From Oopsacas minuta (taxonomy: Eukaryota; Animalia; Porifera): a DNA stretch of 64,000 nucleotides. The notes under the pieces are model-generated. The model worked only from the letters and a program-made list of their open reading frames with translations, was not told where the DNA came from and did no database searches. Each line of letters starts with the position of its first letter. Within the stretch, counting starts at the first letter, position 1. Positions 34,303 through 45,359 of this stretch are shown in pieces. The position numbers and the translations under genes were made by a program. The stretch lies in assembly GCA_024704765.1 (NCBI GenBank), contig JAKMXF010000302.1, positions 186,001 to 250,000 of the forward strand. The letters run 5' to 3'.

Positions 34303-34625
34303 TTTCTCAAGAATATGTTTGTTGCTTATTTATAAACCATTCGTTGAGCGAATATTTGTCCAAAATTTGCCACATCTAACTCACCTTTCGGTCCTAAGTA
34401 AAATGAATTTCATCAGGTTTATTTCCATTCAACTTTGAATGATTTGTTTCTCTCTCAAATCATTCGCTGTTACAATTAAGTTTGTAATTTACATTATAGT
34501 TTCTATATTTGCACGAATTGTATGATGTATAATAATTCACGTAATATCTATTACATATGTAATCTGTATAAATATCACTTTAGAAGATAATATTACAATT
34601 TATTAAAAGATATTTTATAGTAGAA

Positions 34626-36833
34626 ATGACAGAGCATGAAGTAAGGGTAGCTAGCTTACCTGCAAGTGAGCTTACAGTGAAAAACTCAGTCGTAGTGGAC
34701 ACGGACACATTCGTGGATTTTAATTATGTGAAAATAGCAAAGGGTAGTTTATGCTGGTGTTACTCGCTAATTCACGTTGAAGGGATGACAGCTAATTCAA
34801 TCGGTATGAGTAAGCTATATCGTGATGCAATCGGCAAGGAAGGAGACAAGGTTATCATATCCCCACTAGAAATAGATCCACACCATCTATCAGCCCACAT
34901 TGTAGTAATAACACTTGCGTTTCGTGAAAGAGTTGATAAGAAACAGCCTCAGTACGACACTACCATAATCCGTGATAACTTATTGCTAAAATCAGCTATG
35001 TATTTAATGGTGAGTGAGAGACAGAAGCTAGTGATTACACCAGGACTCCATGATAAGCATAAGATCTTCATTGGGACAGTAGTTAACATAGGTTCAATAA
35101 ATGGCGAGAGGATGGAATTCGGAGTAATAACTAATGCAACTAAAATTCAGTTTGCTTCTTCAGATGAAACGTATCTCAAACTTTCTGGTGGGTTTGTGTG
35201 TGCAGACAGTGCACGTCCTCTTATCAATCCTGAATGGGACTTCAATTCACTAGGAATAGGTGGACTCTCTAAGGAATTCTCAGATATATTCAGACGAGCA
35301 TTTTCATCACGTGTGTTCCCTCAGGAAATGATTGAGAAACTGGGACTCAAACATGTAAAAGGAATTCTACTGCACGGCCCTCCTGGCACAGGTAAAACTC
35401 TCATGGCTAGACAGATCGGTAAGATGTTAAACACGACAACCCCGAAGCTAGTCAGTGGTCCAGAGATACTTAACAAGTATGTTGGTGAATCAGAAGCTGC
35501 TGTTAGGAAGTTATTTGAGGACGCGGAGAGAGAGCAGAAAGCGAAAGGAACTAAGAGCAATCTCCACATGATAATATTCGATGAGATTGATGCAATTTGT
35601 AAGCAAAGAGGTACGGTAGTTGGAGGCACCGGCGTGAATGACTCAGTAGTAAATCAGCTGCTCTCAAAGCTTGACGGAGTAGAACAAATAAACAATGTAC
35701 TCGTTATTGGCATGACGAATAGAAAGGATATGATCGATGAAGCACTTCTTAGACCAGGTAGACTTGAAGTACACATGGAAATAGGACTACCAAATGAAGA
35801 AGGTCGAATGGAAATATTAAACATCCACTCAAGTAAAATGATTAGTAACAAGTTGTTAGCTAGTGACGTAGATCTCCAGGAGATAGCACACATTACCAAG
35901 AACTTCTCTGGAGCTGAATTGGAGGGTCTTATACGTACAGCTCAGTCTACTGCAATGAATAGACAAATTGAAATCAAGGATTCTGTTAGGCTACGTACAC
36001 AGGCTTTATCAGAGCTGATCGTAACTAAAGAAGACTTTGCTCACGCGCTAGAGTACGATATACGGCCTGCTTACGGGTATAAGAAAGAAGAACTTGATCA
36101 CTACTTCCTGCAGGGGATTATACCATGGGGAGTGGAGTTTGAAAAATGTCAGCGGGAGATAGAGAGCCTAACCTATCTAATCAAACATTCACCTGATACA
36201 CCACTAGCTAGCATTCTTGTGCATGGACCGGATGGTTCTGGTAAAACTGCCCTGGCTGTGTCCATGGCTCTAAGCTCCCTCTTCCCTTTTGTGCGAATTC
36301 TCTCACCTGAAAATATGATCGGATTCACTGAAGCCTCCAAATGTCAAGCAATCAAAAAAATGTTTGACGATGCGTACAAATCTGAGCTAAGCTGTATTGT
36401 TGTTGACGACATAGAACGTATAATTGACTACGTTTGTGTTGGACCTCGTTTCGCTAACAATTCCCTACAAACACTTCTAGTCCTGCTTAAAAGATTCCCT
36501 CCTAAACGCCACAAACTTCTAATAATCGGTACAACTTCAGAACGTGAAGCTTTAACAAGCATGGGAATAAATAAAGTATTCACAAAGCTCTGTCATCTGC
36601 CTGCTATAACCAGCACAAGAGATTTATGCTGTGTGTTAGAGGCTCGTGATATTCCACGTACAGTAATTGAGAATGTCAGTACACAAGCTGATACTGTAAA
36701 TATGAGATCAATGCATATTGGGATTAAGAAACTATTAACATTCATTGATGAGGCTAAACACACTCCAAAGAACATAACTCAAACTCTATTGGACCTGATA
36801 ATGGACGAGTCAAATAATTTCTCTATAATGTGA
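34626..36833 (+). CDS. NSF: Vesicle-fusing ATPase (N-ethylmaleimide-sensitive factor)
   Basis: GIGGLSKEFSDIFRRAFSSRVFP, D1 GPPGTGKT and IIFDEID, SRH RPGRLEV, D2 GPDGSGKT; intronless. Confidence 0.97.
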   Translation: MTEHEVRVASLPASELTVKNSVVVDTDTFVDFNYVKIAKGSLCWCYSLIHVEGMTANSIGMSKLYRDAIGKEGDKVIISPLEIDPHHLSAHIVVITLAFRERVDKKQPQYDTTIIRDNLLLKSAMYLMVSERQKLVITPGLHDKHKIFIGTVVNIGSINGERMEFGVITNATKIQFASSDETYLKLSGGFVCADSARPLINPEWDFNSLGIGGLSKEFSDIFRRAFSSRVFPQEMIEKLGLKHVKGILLHGPPGTGKTLMARQIGKMLNTTTPKLVSGPEILNKYVGESEAAVRKLFEDAEREQKAKGTKSNLHMIIFDEIDAICKQRGTVVGGTGVNDSVVNQLLSKLDGVEQINNVLVIGMTNRKDMIDEALLRPGRLEVHMEIGLPNEEGRMEILNIHSSKMISNKLLASDVDLQEIAHITKNFSGAELEGLIRTAQSTAMNRQIEIKDSVRLRTQALSELIVTKEDFAHALEYDIRPAYGYKKEELDHYFLQGIIPWGVEFEKCQREIESLTYLIKHSPDTPLASILVHGPDGSGKTALAVSMALSSLFPFVRILSPENMIGFTEASKCQAIKKMFDDAYKSELSCIVVDDIERIIDYVCVGPRFANNSLQTLLVLLKRFPPKRHKLLIIGTTSEREALTSMGINKVFTKLCHLPAITSTRDLCCVLEARDIPRTVIENVSTQADTVNMRSMHIGIKKLLTFIDEAKHTPKNITQTLLDLIMDESNNFSIM

Positions 36834-37115
36834 TCAATATTAGTATTGCATGTGAGTAATGATAGGGTGTAGCTTACTGGTTATGTATCAGGATAGACTT
36901 AATAGTATCCTGTATGGCTTTTTGTAAATAGAATTACATATAATACTGCCACTAATACTGGAATCTTTCGTTTAGGGCGTTTAATTAATCTTGATTTCCA
37001 ATATTCAATAACCTTGTGGCCTGAACTGGCGGGACATTAAGTCTTTGTGATAATGTATAAATAAACCATAAATTACTGTTCACTCTTATATATTGGAAAA
37101 TACAAATCAAATCAA

Positions 37116-37991
37116 ATGGTATATTATTCTTCACAGAGACGGGTTTGGGTGAAAGAATTAGTCATAGAAGTAGTGACTGGAGATTGGGGCAAAGAGAAAG
37201 GGGAGTTGAGGGAGCCACGCGGTATAGCGATTAACCAAGATTCTTATGATTACCATTTCTACATAGTAGACAAGAAAAATAATCGTGTCCAAGTGTTCAA
37301 CTCGGACATGGAATATTCGTTCCATTTCGGCTCCATTCCTGGGGCTGGTAAAATGATGAAACCCATTGGCATCTGTGTGTCTATGTATCACAATAGAGTT
37401 TATGTTACTCAGTTCAGTTTTAATGCTGTATATTCGTATAAACTAGATGGTACTTTCTTGAGGCGGGTAGGAGATAGAGGCTGTGATGAGGGAGAATTTT
37501 CAGAGCCATATGGTGTAGATGTAGATGAGGATTGCTATGTGTATGTATGTGATAGACTGAACCATCGTATTCAGGTGTTCTCTAAAAGATTAAATTATAG
37601 GTTGGAAATTAATCATGTAGATTTGGCCTATCCGATTGATGTTAAGGTTAGAGATGATCAATTATTCGTATTAGATGAGGGAGTAAACTGTGTAAAAATA
37701 TTTACTGTAGAGGGTGAGTTCGTGAGTCAAATGATAAGCTCAGCTTTTGGAGGCAGAATATCAGATCCATACGCATTCGATATTGGCCAAAAAGGAAGAA
37801 TATATATTAGTGACTGCAAAAGAGATTGTATTCAGGTGTTTGATAGGAGAGGTAGTTATAAATATGAGATAGGTAGGAAAGGTGATGGATTCGGAGAATT
37901 CCGATACCCTACAGGTGTTGCTATCGAAGACAATGAGTTGATCACTGCATGTGAACGTGATGAAGACCAAATACAAATTGTGTGTTTATAA
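37116..37991 (+). CDS. Stand-alone NHL-repeat beta-propeller protein (TRIM71/TRIM2-like NHL)
   Basis: About six NHL repeats (PRGIAI, PIGICV, PYGVDV, PIDVKV, PYAFDI, PTGVAI), several followed by D-x2-N-x-R-[VI]-Q-V-F. Confidence 0.9.
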   Translation: MVYYSSQRRVWVKELVIEVVTGDWGKEKGELREPRGIAINQDSYDYHFYIVDKKNNRVQVFNSDMEYSFHFGSIPGAGKMMKPIGICVSMYHNRVYVTQFSFNAVYSYKLDGTFLRRVGDRGCDEGEFSEPYGVDVDEDCYVYVCDRLNHRIQVFSKRLNYRLEINHVDLAYPIDVKVRDDQLFVLDEGVNCVKIFTVEGEFVSQMISSAFGGRISDPYAFDIGQKGRIYISDCKRDCIQVFDRRGSYKYEIGRKGDGFGEFRYPTGVAIEDNELITACERDEDQIQIVCL

Positions 37992-38111
37992 AACTCAATT
38001 TGACAGTATACATCTTCTATTTTTATTCAATAAATATTTCTTCCCTTTTCCTTCGTAAATATTTCAATAAATGTTTGATTGTTTGTAGTTTAATTCATTT
38101 CTGGTAAAACA

Positions 38112-39884
38112 ATGCAAAGCGTTGCAAAGAAGCTACCAAATTTAAGTGAGACTAGTGCTGCTTATTATGAACGAATGAGCTATGTTCTTTCATATCCTGA
38201 AAATGTAGAGCTCACAAACAGAGAAGATCTTGTACAAAACTTTATCCAACAAGTGACTAGTGATAATCTTGTTACAGTTTCGTTAAACATGAACGCCAGT
38301 AAAGTCCTTGAGAGTTTCATAACTGGTTGGTGTATGCAAGACAATATGCTAACATTACTGACAGATATTAACAGAGAAAATATACAACTGCTTGCAATTC
38401 ACAAGAATGGGAGTCATGTATTACAGAGCATATTAACTAAAATATCTAAATTTATATACAAAATGCCTGCCTTAGAATTATCAAATTTGCTCGAGTTTTT
38501 CGGTACAGAGTTTGCACCCTGTTGTATTGAGCACTGTATTGAGCTAGCGTTTGATTCATATGGAACTTATATTCTACGGGTTTTATTGCAAATTGTATGT
38601 GGAGTGTTACAAAGCAGTGTCAATGATAAAGATTATACTGGTGCAGTCAGGAAACCTGAATATCAATTATTGACAGCTCCGCGTGAATTCTCACATCTTC
38701 CTGAAATGATTTTGAAACAATTTAAGGATTATCCACATATTGTAGAAACAGTTACAGATACATACGCTTCTCCAGCTATCATATGCTTGGTAGAAATATT
38801 TAGTTTAAGTCATAGTGAACTTTCTAGAAAATTAAACCAATATTTAATCAAGTGTATCTCTCCATTTGATCAGCTGATTGACCATGAGAAGGGTAGCTAC
38901 CTTATCCAATCCCTGATCTCTACAGCTAATGAAAGACAATACGCGCGACTTTTCACTCAATTCCCTAAAGGTTCTATATATAAATACGCAACCTGTAATC
39001 ATGCTAATTATGCTATCCAGACTTTAATCGCGAATATTCACACTGAGGAGCATTTTAATTACATTCTCCAAGAGTTAAGCTCCAAGCAAATAGAAGCTAT
39101 TTTAGGAGTGGGAAACTTTGGAGTATTGCATCAGATAATTAAATCTGGGATAGAATATCCAGGTCAGCAGAAATTAATAAAATCTATTTTATTAGAGACT
39201 TTTCAATGTCAAGACAACCCAATATCATTGATACCATTGCTACTATTAATGTCCCCATTAAACAATGTATTGGATAGTATGGTAGAAGAAAGGATTATCT
39301 TTAAGCAAGAAGATAATTTCCACTTACACGGATCTCTCATAGCACAGAATTTATTCTCCTTCGAGAAAACAAAGTCATTCGCTAAGAGCTTGCTATACAG
39401 TTCAATAGATGGGATATTGAAAATAGCTTCAGACCCAAACGGTTGTCATGTGCTAGATAAATTCGTATCGAGCGAGAAAGTTAAAGGAAAGTACAAGAAT
39501 AAATTGTATGTTATGCTGGAAGAGAGATTTGTTGATTTCGTGTGTTGTAAGTATGGTAGTAGAGTATTTGACTGTATATGGATAGAACTTGATTATGAAT
39601 GGAAAGAGAGATTCATGATTGACATATCTCAGAAAGAGAGTATTTTAAAATCAGACTTTTACGGAAAATTCGTGTTGAGGAATTGTAAACTTGATCTTTA
39701 CAAACGGAAGAGAATTGAATGGCGAGATTCTGTTCAAGATACGATGAAGCACAGATTTGAAGAACAGAATCCCTCAGCTAAACGGGGAAAATCGGAATCT
39801 GAGCATTATTCGAAAAAGAGGAAAGTTAATAATAATACGAATAAAATAACTGACATTGACGTTTTATTCAATAAATTAAATTAG
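38112..39884 (+). CDS. NOP9: Nucleolar protein 9 (Pumilio-repeat)
   Basis: Puf-like repeats ASKVLE, GSHVLQSIL, GTYILRVLL, ANYAIQTLI, HGSLIAQNL, GCHVLDKF and YGSRVFD; C-terminal WRD motif. Confidence 0.9.
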   Translation: MQSVAKKLPNLSETSAAYYERMSYVLSYPENVELTNREDLVQNFIQQVTSDNLVTVSLNMNASKVLESFITGWCMQDNMLTLLTDINRENIQLLAIHKNGSHVLQSILTKISKFIYKMPALELSNLLEFFGTEFAPCCIEHCIELAFDSYGTYILRVLLQIVCGVLQSSVNDKDYTGAVRKPEYQLLTAPREFSHLPEMILKQFKDYPHIVETVTDTYASPAIICLVEIFSLSHSELSRKLNQYLIKCISPFDQLIDHEKGSYLIQSLISTANERQYARLFTQFPKGSIYKYATCNHANYAIQTLIANIHTEEHFNYILQELSSKQIEAILGVGNFGVLHQIIKSGIEYPGQQKLIKSILLETFQCQDNPISLIPLLLLMSPLNNVLDSMVEERIIFKQEDNFHLHGSLIAQNLFSFEKTKSFAKSLLYSSIDGILKIASDPNGCHVLDKFVSSEKVKGKYKNKLYVMLEERFVDFVCCKYGSRVFDCIWIELDYEWKERFMIDISQKESILKSDFYGKFVLRNCKLDLYKRKRIEWRDSVQDTMKHRFEEQNPSAKRGKSESEHYSKKRKVNNNTNKITDIDVLFNKLN

Positions 39885-39915
39885 TACGTATTTGTTCAAA
39901 TAATAAAATACATAA

Positions 39916-41133
39916 TTACAATATACTGTTATGTTTATACATATATCTTTGCCTATGCCATGCCAGTAAACTCGTCACCAGCTCCGGTCTCCTTGAAGGG
40001 TAGCCTGTGTTCCTATTCTTGATCCAATGAATTATTGACGATACCACTAGTATTATGAAGAATATTGAAAAAGGGTAGATTGCAGTTAAAGTGAGAAGAG
40101 AGATTAATAAATTTTCTAGAAGCATTAGTATAGAAGAAATTAGAGATAATACTGAAGGTTCAATCGATACATCTATAATAGTGTTGTTTGATGGTAACGA
40201 GTAGATTGTGTGTACGTAACAATTAATATGAGTAGCAAAATCAAAAATAGGATTGAAGTTAAACAGAAACAGTAGGGACAGTACAATACTCAAAATACTG
40301 ATTGATAAAAGATGTGAAAATATTTTGTATACCTTCGATCCAATTCTGAAGTTTTGTGTTTTAAAATCATTCGGGTTATCACGCTGTAAGTCGAGTAGTT
40401 TCCATTTTGTAGCCCAGCGAAGATCTTTCAAACTTTTCCATAGAAGAAAATATTCGATCAGTATTAGCAAAATATAAATGAACAGATTCAGTAGAAGAGT
40501 GTAGACTATGTTGTCAAAGATTATTACAAACAGTACCTTTATGAACAGATAAACCAAATGTTTATCAAAATTATTGTAATTTAATCTTTCCCGGTAAGCG
40601 TTTACAAGGTAGATAACTAATAATCTTAACGAAGAGAGAAATATCAAAACAAAAGCCTTCGAGAACGCGATATACACTCTAGTTGGGAAATTTTGTATGA
40701 CTAACTTCAATACTATATCTCTACCACAATCTGAACCATATCTTTCTACGTATTCCGATAACCCGTTGTTGAGAAGTAAAGTTATAATGAAGGGGCCAGT
40801 TGGGATAAGTACACAGCATATCTCAGCTATAGAAACCAATAGCATTAATTTGTATTTCCTCGTATTAACTGTATAGTTTAGATGTCTTAATCTCAACTCT
40901 TCTCTCCTGCAATTGGATTCATTAAATGATATTTGTTCAGCTCTATATACTCTCCTTAACTTTATAATTCCCATAACTGTGTACACAAATATGCAAACAA
41001 AAATTACAGGTGCTAATATCCCCATTGGGACTGAGTTTATTAAATCAATATTTGTTACAATCTCATCTAGGACCTCAGAAATTCTAGTTAATTCATTTGT
41101 GTTCTGATTCAAATTAGTTGTGTTTAGAGCCAT
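39916..41133 (-). CDS. Orphan seven-transmembrane protein (paralog A)
   Basis: About 7 hydrophobic segments; collinear similarity with 41867-43018. Confidence 0.75.
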   Translation of the reverse strand: MALNTTNLNQNTNELTRISEVLDEIVTNIDLINSVPMGILAPVIFVCIFVYTVMGIIKLRRVYRAEQISFNESNCRREELRLRHLNYTVNTRKYKLMLLVSIAEICCVLIPTGPFIITLLLNNGLSEYVERYGSDCGRDIVLKLVIQNFPTRVYIAFSKAFVLIFLSSLRLLVIYLVNAYRERLNYNNFDKHLVYLFIKVLFVIIFDNIVYTLLLNLFIYILLILIEYFLLWKSLKDLRWATKWKLLDLQRDNPNDFKTQNFRIGSKVYKIFSHLLSISILSIVLSLLFLFNFNPIFDFATHINCYVHTIYSLPSNNTIIDVSIEPSVLSLISSILMLLENLLISLLTLTAIYPFSIFFIILVVSSIIHWIKNRNTGYPSRRPELVTSLLAWHRQRYMYKHNSIL

Positions 41134-41866
41134 CTAGTGAAAATTTATGAAAATGAACAGAGATAACTCTTTATACCATTTATAATTATTACAAAAAATA
41201 TCAACATATGACATCATATTTATATTAGCTGTTTGTTGAGCATTATTGTCATATCTGCACATTTTCAACCAATTTGTGACGAATGATTACATATGATTAA
41301 ATTGTATAATTGTATATCTTACACTTTTGATAATTAATTGTATGATATTTCCAAGAAAGATTATAGTATATGATATCAGAAAATTAACCTTATGATTATT
41401 TTGTGGAAGGGCATATATTATAAATTATTAACTGATTACACCAGAAATTTGGATTATTAAACATATATGGCGTAGGAGACGTCAGATTCAGCCTATATTT
41501 TAGTAAAATTCTAAGGGTTTTTTAATTCATGAAAATCAGAAAATATTTAATTCTTAAGCAAAAAAGATTTGTACTACTTTGTATTTGGTTTGGAACTAAA
41601 GAATTATGAAGCCTGAAGAAGGTAGGATTACTGAGATTACATTAGTAATCCTCCCCTGGGCAGTCTTAAAAATTCAACATTAATTGCTTAGGAATGAAAT
41701 GTAATCATTTTTGTATTACTTACTTTATCTGCTGTGTTGGATGTGATTGTGGACTTTACAAGAAGACTACAATAATATTCGTATATAATATTTTAATAAA
41801 GTCAAATCTAAATTAAAATCTCAGCAATCTATCTATCTCGCATTACTCATCCTTCAGTTTAAAGAA

Positions 41867-43018
41867 ATGTTCAACCACCCTTTTTCGACAATCATTATCA
41901 TGACTAATGACCTATACACAATAGTTACCATTGGTATTCCTTCCATTATGTTCCTCGGGTATCTAATTCTTCACTTGCATAAAGAAAGAAAGAATTATAA
42001 AAGCAATTTGAAAGAAAACACAGAATCTTGCGAGGACGCCTGTAGGAAATATAAGATTGCAAAGGTAAAATACTCTATAATGATACTTATGTGTATCCTT
42101 GAATTGATTATTAGTTTTGGTATCACAATTCCTGATATTTTTTATGAATTGTCACATTTGTTACTCACAAATACAACTACAAAATTTCCCACAAATCTCT
42201 GTAAAGATTTTGAAATCGATCCTATATTCATTCCTTTATTTACAAAGAAGTATTATATATTCCGGATATACTATGTAATACTCGCAAGTGCGTTTGTGGG
42301 TTTAATCTTTCTATCAAGGAGTCTCTGTTTAACCCTCAATAACGTGTATATCGAGAGAAAACAAATTTCAGACTTCAAGACTTGGTTGCAAGTAGTTGGA
42401 TTTGAAATTGGATTAATCACAGTATTAGGGCTGTTCATTCAAACTCTTCCTTTCCAAATGATTATTTTTTCCTTAATTCTGTGGTATGAATACAGTCTTT
42501 TTGTCAAGGCGACTAAAAATCTGAGAGAAGCAGTCATTTTAAGGCATTTTGAAATGAAACGAGATTACCCACACAGCGCTAAGACAGCCAAATCGTACAG
42601 AGACATTAAATACTACAAGCTTACTTCGAAATTCACGTTAATATTCTTCTTCGTTTTCATTTCATTTTTTATTATATGGGTCCACATCGAATCCCTACTC
42701 AGTCTCTTATTTAATCTTCCCTGTTATATCCGCTATGCTTATGGAATTGGTTATGATAATCCACAAATGATAATCGCGCCTGAAACAGCCAGAACGATCT
42801 ACAAACTCATTCATGTGTTTCAGTATATTCTATTTTTTAGCGGTAACATTATAATGTCCATACTCTACATCATTATATTAACTCGACCGATATTATCTAT
42901 TTTTAAACGTCGTTTATGTATGGACTCCTCGCCTTACGCTTTGCAGCGTCCAGAGCTCATCACGGGACTGCTTGATCTCAACGTAAAGGATTACGTAAAA
43001 AAGAATAATATTGTGTGA
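41867..43018 (+). CDS. Orphan seven-transmembrane protein (paralog B)
   Basis: About 7 hydrophobic segments; shares KY-x-[LI]M-x-L, [IY]EY-x-L, CY[VI]-x2-[IA]Y and RPEL[VI]T-x-LL with paralog A. Confidence 0.75.
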   Translation: MFNHPFSTIIIMTNDLYTIVTIGIPSIMFLGYLILHLHKERKNYKSNLKENTESCEDACRKYKIAKVKYSIMILMCILELIISFGITIPDIFYELSHLLLTNTTTKFPTNLCKDFEIDPIFIPLFTKKYYIFRIYYVILASAFVGLIFLSRSLCLTLNNVYIERKQISDFKTWLQVVGFEIGLITVLGLFIQTLPFQMIIFSLILWYEYSLFVKATKNLREAVILRHFEMKRDYPHSAKTAKSYRDIKYYKLTSKFTLIFFFVFISFFIIWVHIESLLSLLFNLPCYIRYAYGIGYDNPQMIIAPETARTIYKLIHVFQYILFFSGNIIMSILYIIILTRPILSIFKRRLCMDSSPYALQRPELITGLLDLNVKDYVKKNNIV

Positions 43019-43109
43019 TTGTAATTATATTTAAATATATTTAATCTTATATATATTTGTATATTAAAATTTAATTATTAAGAATGTGTAATGAATTTAC
43101 AATTAGAAA

Positions 43110-43565
43110 ATGACCGAAGATTTGGAGGTTGTACAGCTAAGCCAATTACAAACAGATAAACAGTATTACAATATGGGATATAGGGAAGCATGCCAATCTG
43201 CTCTAGAAGTTGAAGATCAGGAAGCAAAGAAAATTGGATTCCATTTGGGATATATTCTGATAGAGCCTCATGCGAAACTGGAAGGGTATACTTGGGTGTT
43301 AAATTCACTGGGGATAGAAATGGAAGGTAAATTGCCGGTGAATATTGATGCGATAGAGTCTGTTTTGGAAAAAATTCAGATAGAAACACAACCAGTAGAA
43401 GAATCAGCTGAGATTAGAAAAATATTACACACAAGATTAACAGCCGAAACTACTCAACAAATAATATACGCAGAGACACCTAACAGTAACAAGGGAAAAA
43501 TAATAAATTTACAGGAGTGTATGAAGAAATTAGAAATAAGGGCTGGTGTACTATCACCTACATAG
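43110..43565 (+). CDS. YAE1: YAE1-like protein (Yae1_N GX3-repeat family), divergent
   Basis: GYREACQSALEVEDQEAKKIGFHLG...HAKLEG aligns with human GYRDGIDAGKAVTLQQGFNQGYKKG...YGRLRG. Confidence 0.5.
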   Translation: MTEDLEVVQLSQLQTDKQYYNMGYREACQSALEVEDQEAKKIGFHLGYILIEPHAKLEGYTWVLNSLGIEMEGKLPVNIDAIESVLEKIQIETQPVEESAEIRKILHTRLTAETTQQIIYAETPNSNKGKIINLQECMKKLEIRAGVLSPT

Positions 43566-43678
43566 CAATTCTATTGTTTATATGAAATTATTTTTTGAAT
43601 TATACAATTATTTTCAGGTCGAATTGTTATTTGTCATCTAATATTGTATTATTATTATTATTATTATTATAGATTATA

Positions 43679-44182
43679 ATGGCAGAATCAACTGTGTTTG
43701 TAACAGTTGGGACGACCAAATTCGATCTGTTGATTAAAACATTGTGTCAACCTGAAGTACTATCCCTGCTTGAATACATGAAATACACTAGAATATTAAT
43801 GCAGATAGGGAAAGGAGAATACATACCTAAAATTGAAGATAAAAAGATCGGAATAACACTGGAATACTATACTTTAAAGAAATCTATTGCTGCTGACATG
43901 CAACAAGCAAGTTTGGTGATAAGTCATGCAGGTGCTGGAAGCATATTCGAGAGTTTAAACGCCAAAAAGCAGTTATTAGTTGTAGTTAATGAAATGTTAA
44001 TGGACAACCATCAACTTGAATTAGCCCAGCATCTAGCAAAAGAAGGATATCTTATCTACACAACTTGTGAGTATCTTAAGGAAACTCTAGCAGGGATAGA
44101 CTTCTCTAATCTCAAACCTTACGTCCCGGGAAATCCCAAAGGAATAACAGACTATCTAGACAAGCAATTTGGATTCAAATAA
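43679..44182 (+). CDS. ALG13: UDP-N-acetylglucosamine transferase catalytic subunit ALG13 (short form)
   Basis: VFVTVGTTKFD, LVISHAGAGS, VVVNEMLMDNHQLELA. Confidence 0.97.
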   Translation: MAESTVFVTVGTTKFDLLIKTLCQPEVLSLLEYMKYTRILMQIGKGEYIPKIEDKKIGITLEYYTLKKSIAADMQQASLVISHAGAGSIFESLNAKKQLLVVVNEMLMDNHQLELAQHLAKEGYLIYTTCEYLKETLAGIDFSNLKPYVPGNPKGITDYLDKQFGFK

Positions 44183-44228
44183 ACTGTAAAGTAACACAAA
44201 CTCTACTAAAATGTGTGTTCTATATTTC

Positions 44229-45128
44229 CTAAACGTTTAGCTTATATTTGATGAACATATTAGTCAAATAAAATGGGCTGTAAACGAATAGGGAGTTGCT
44301 GTTTTCATCAGAATTAATATTGTAGATCATTTTATCAGTTTCTTCGTTCTGTATTAATTGAATACTAAATCGATGTATTTTCCTCTCAACAAAGCTTGAA
44401 TATGTGAACACACTCAAAATTGAATCTGTAGACAGAATAATGATGTAGAATGGTGTCATGGTGTATGCTAATATCTCATTTGTGTATCCTAAACTAATAG
44501 AACGCAATTCCTTAGAATCATAGGATATCTCTAACAAATTGGAAACTTCAGAGAAATTTTCTTCTAATAAAAATACGCTGTGATAAGCCATTGATACAAA
44601 ATGTAGATTGAAATTTTCTAGCTCAAACCGCCTTTTAATCGTGTATTTAATGTCTGCTAGTATCAACATTTCCAATCTCTTGACTTTGCAAGGTACATGT
44701 ACTGTCCTATTCAGGCACAAGTTATCTTGCTCACCGACAAATATTCGATTCCAAGGATCCTTTCGTGAGTTCACTACCGAACGAGTAATTGTATTAAAGT
44801 TATATTTGTCAAACATACTGAGTGAAGTTCTGTTTAAAAAGTAAATATAGTCTGAATTTACACCAAAACTAGCAAATCCTCTGTCTTGAGAAATCGAGTG
44901 CAGATTATCTGGAATTTGGAATGAATTCTGGAAATGAAAATCTTGGCTAAAAACCTTGATACTAAATTTTTTTGCATTACACGATACGTCATCTAGAATA
45001 TAGAGAAATCCTGTTGTAGAGTCGATGATAAAATGATCATACGAATTGGTAAGTTCGTATTTTTCAAAACCAAAATTAACTCCCTGTAAAGAAGGAGAGA
45101 GAAGAGTTAAATTATCTATGTTATTCAT
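44229..45128 (-). CDS. Uncharacterised protein, possibly a degenerate beta-propeller (NHL-like)
   Basis: 299-codon ORF with beta-strand-like repeats (IDSTTGFLYILD, IKVFSQDFHFQNSF, FGVNSDYIYF); family uncertain. Confidence 0.5.
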   Translation of the reverse strand: MNNIDNLTLLSPSLQGVNFGFEKYELTNSYDHFIIDSTTGFLYILDDVSCNAKKFSIKVFSQDFHFQNSFQIPDNLHSISQDRGFASFGVNSDYIYFLNRTSLSMFDKYNFNTITRSVVNSRKDPWNRIFVGEQDNLCLNRTVHVPCKVKRLEMLILADIKYTIKRRFELENFNLHFVSMAYHSVFLLEENFSEVSNLLEISYDSKELRSISLGYTNEILAYTMTPFYIIILSTDSILSVFTYSSFVERKIHRFSIQLIQNEETDKMIYNINSDENSNSLFVYSPFYLTNMFIKYKLNV

Positions 45129-45359
45129 TTATTAAGAAACTGGAATATATAGCATTATTTTAGAATTGCGGATTATATATGTACACAGTTCTTCCGCCAA
45201 TTATACACCACAAGCAATATATAAACCTATTTATTTTAATGATCTGCCTGCACATTTAACATTGCTATTTATAGTAAATTCCAAATGTATCAAGTTTGTA
45301 AATTGAAACAAACCCGGATAATTTCCCAAGTATCCCACGCCATTAGCTTATCAAGTTTC

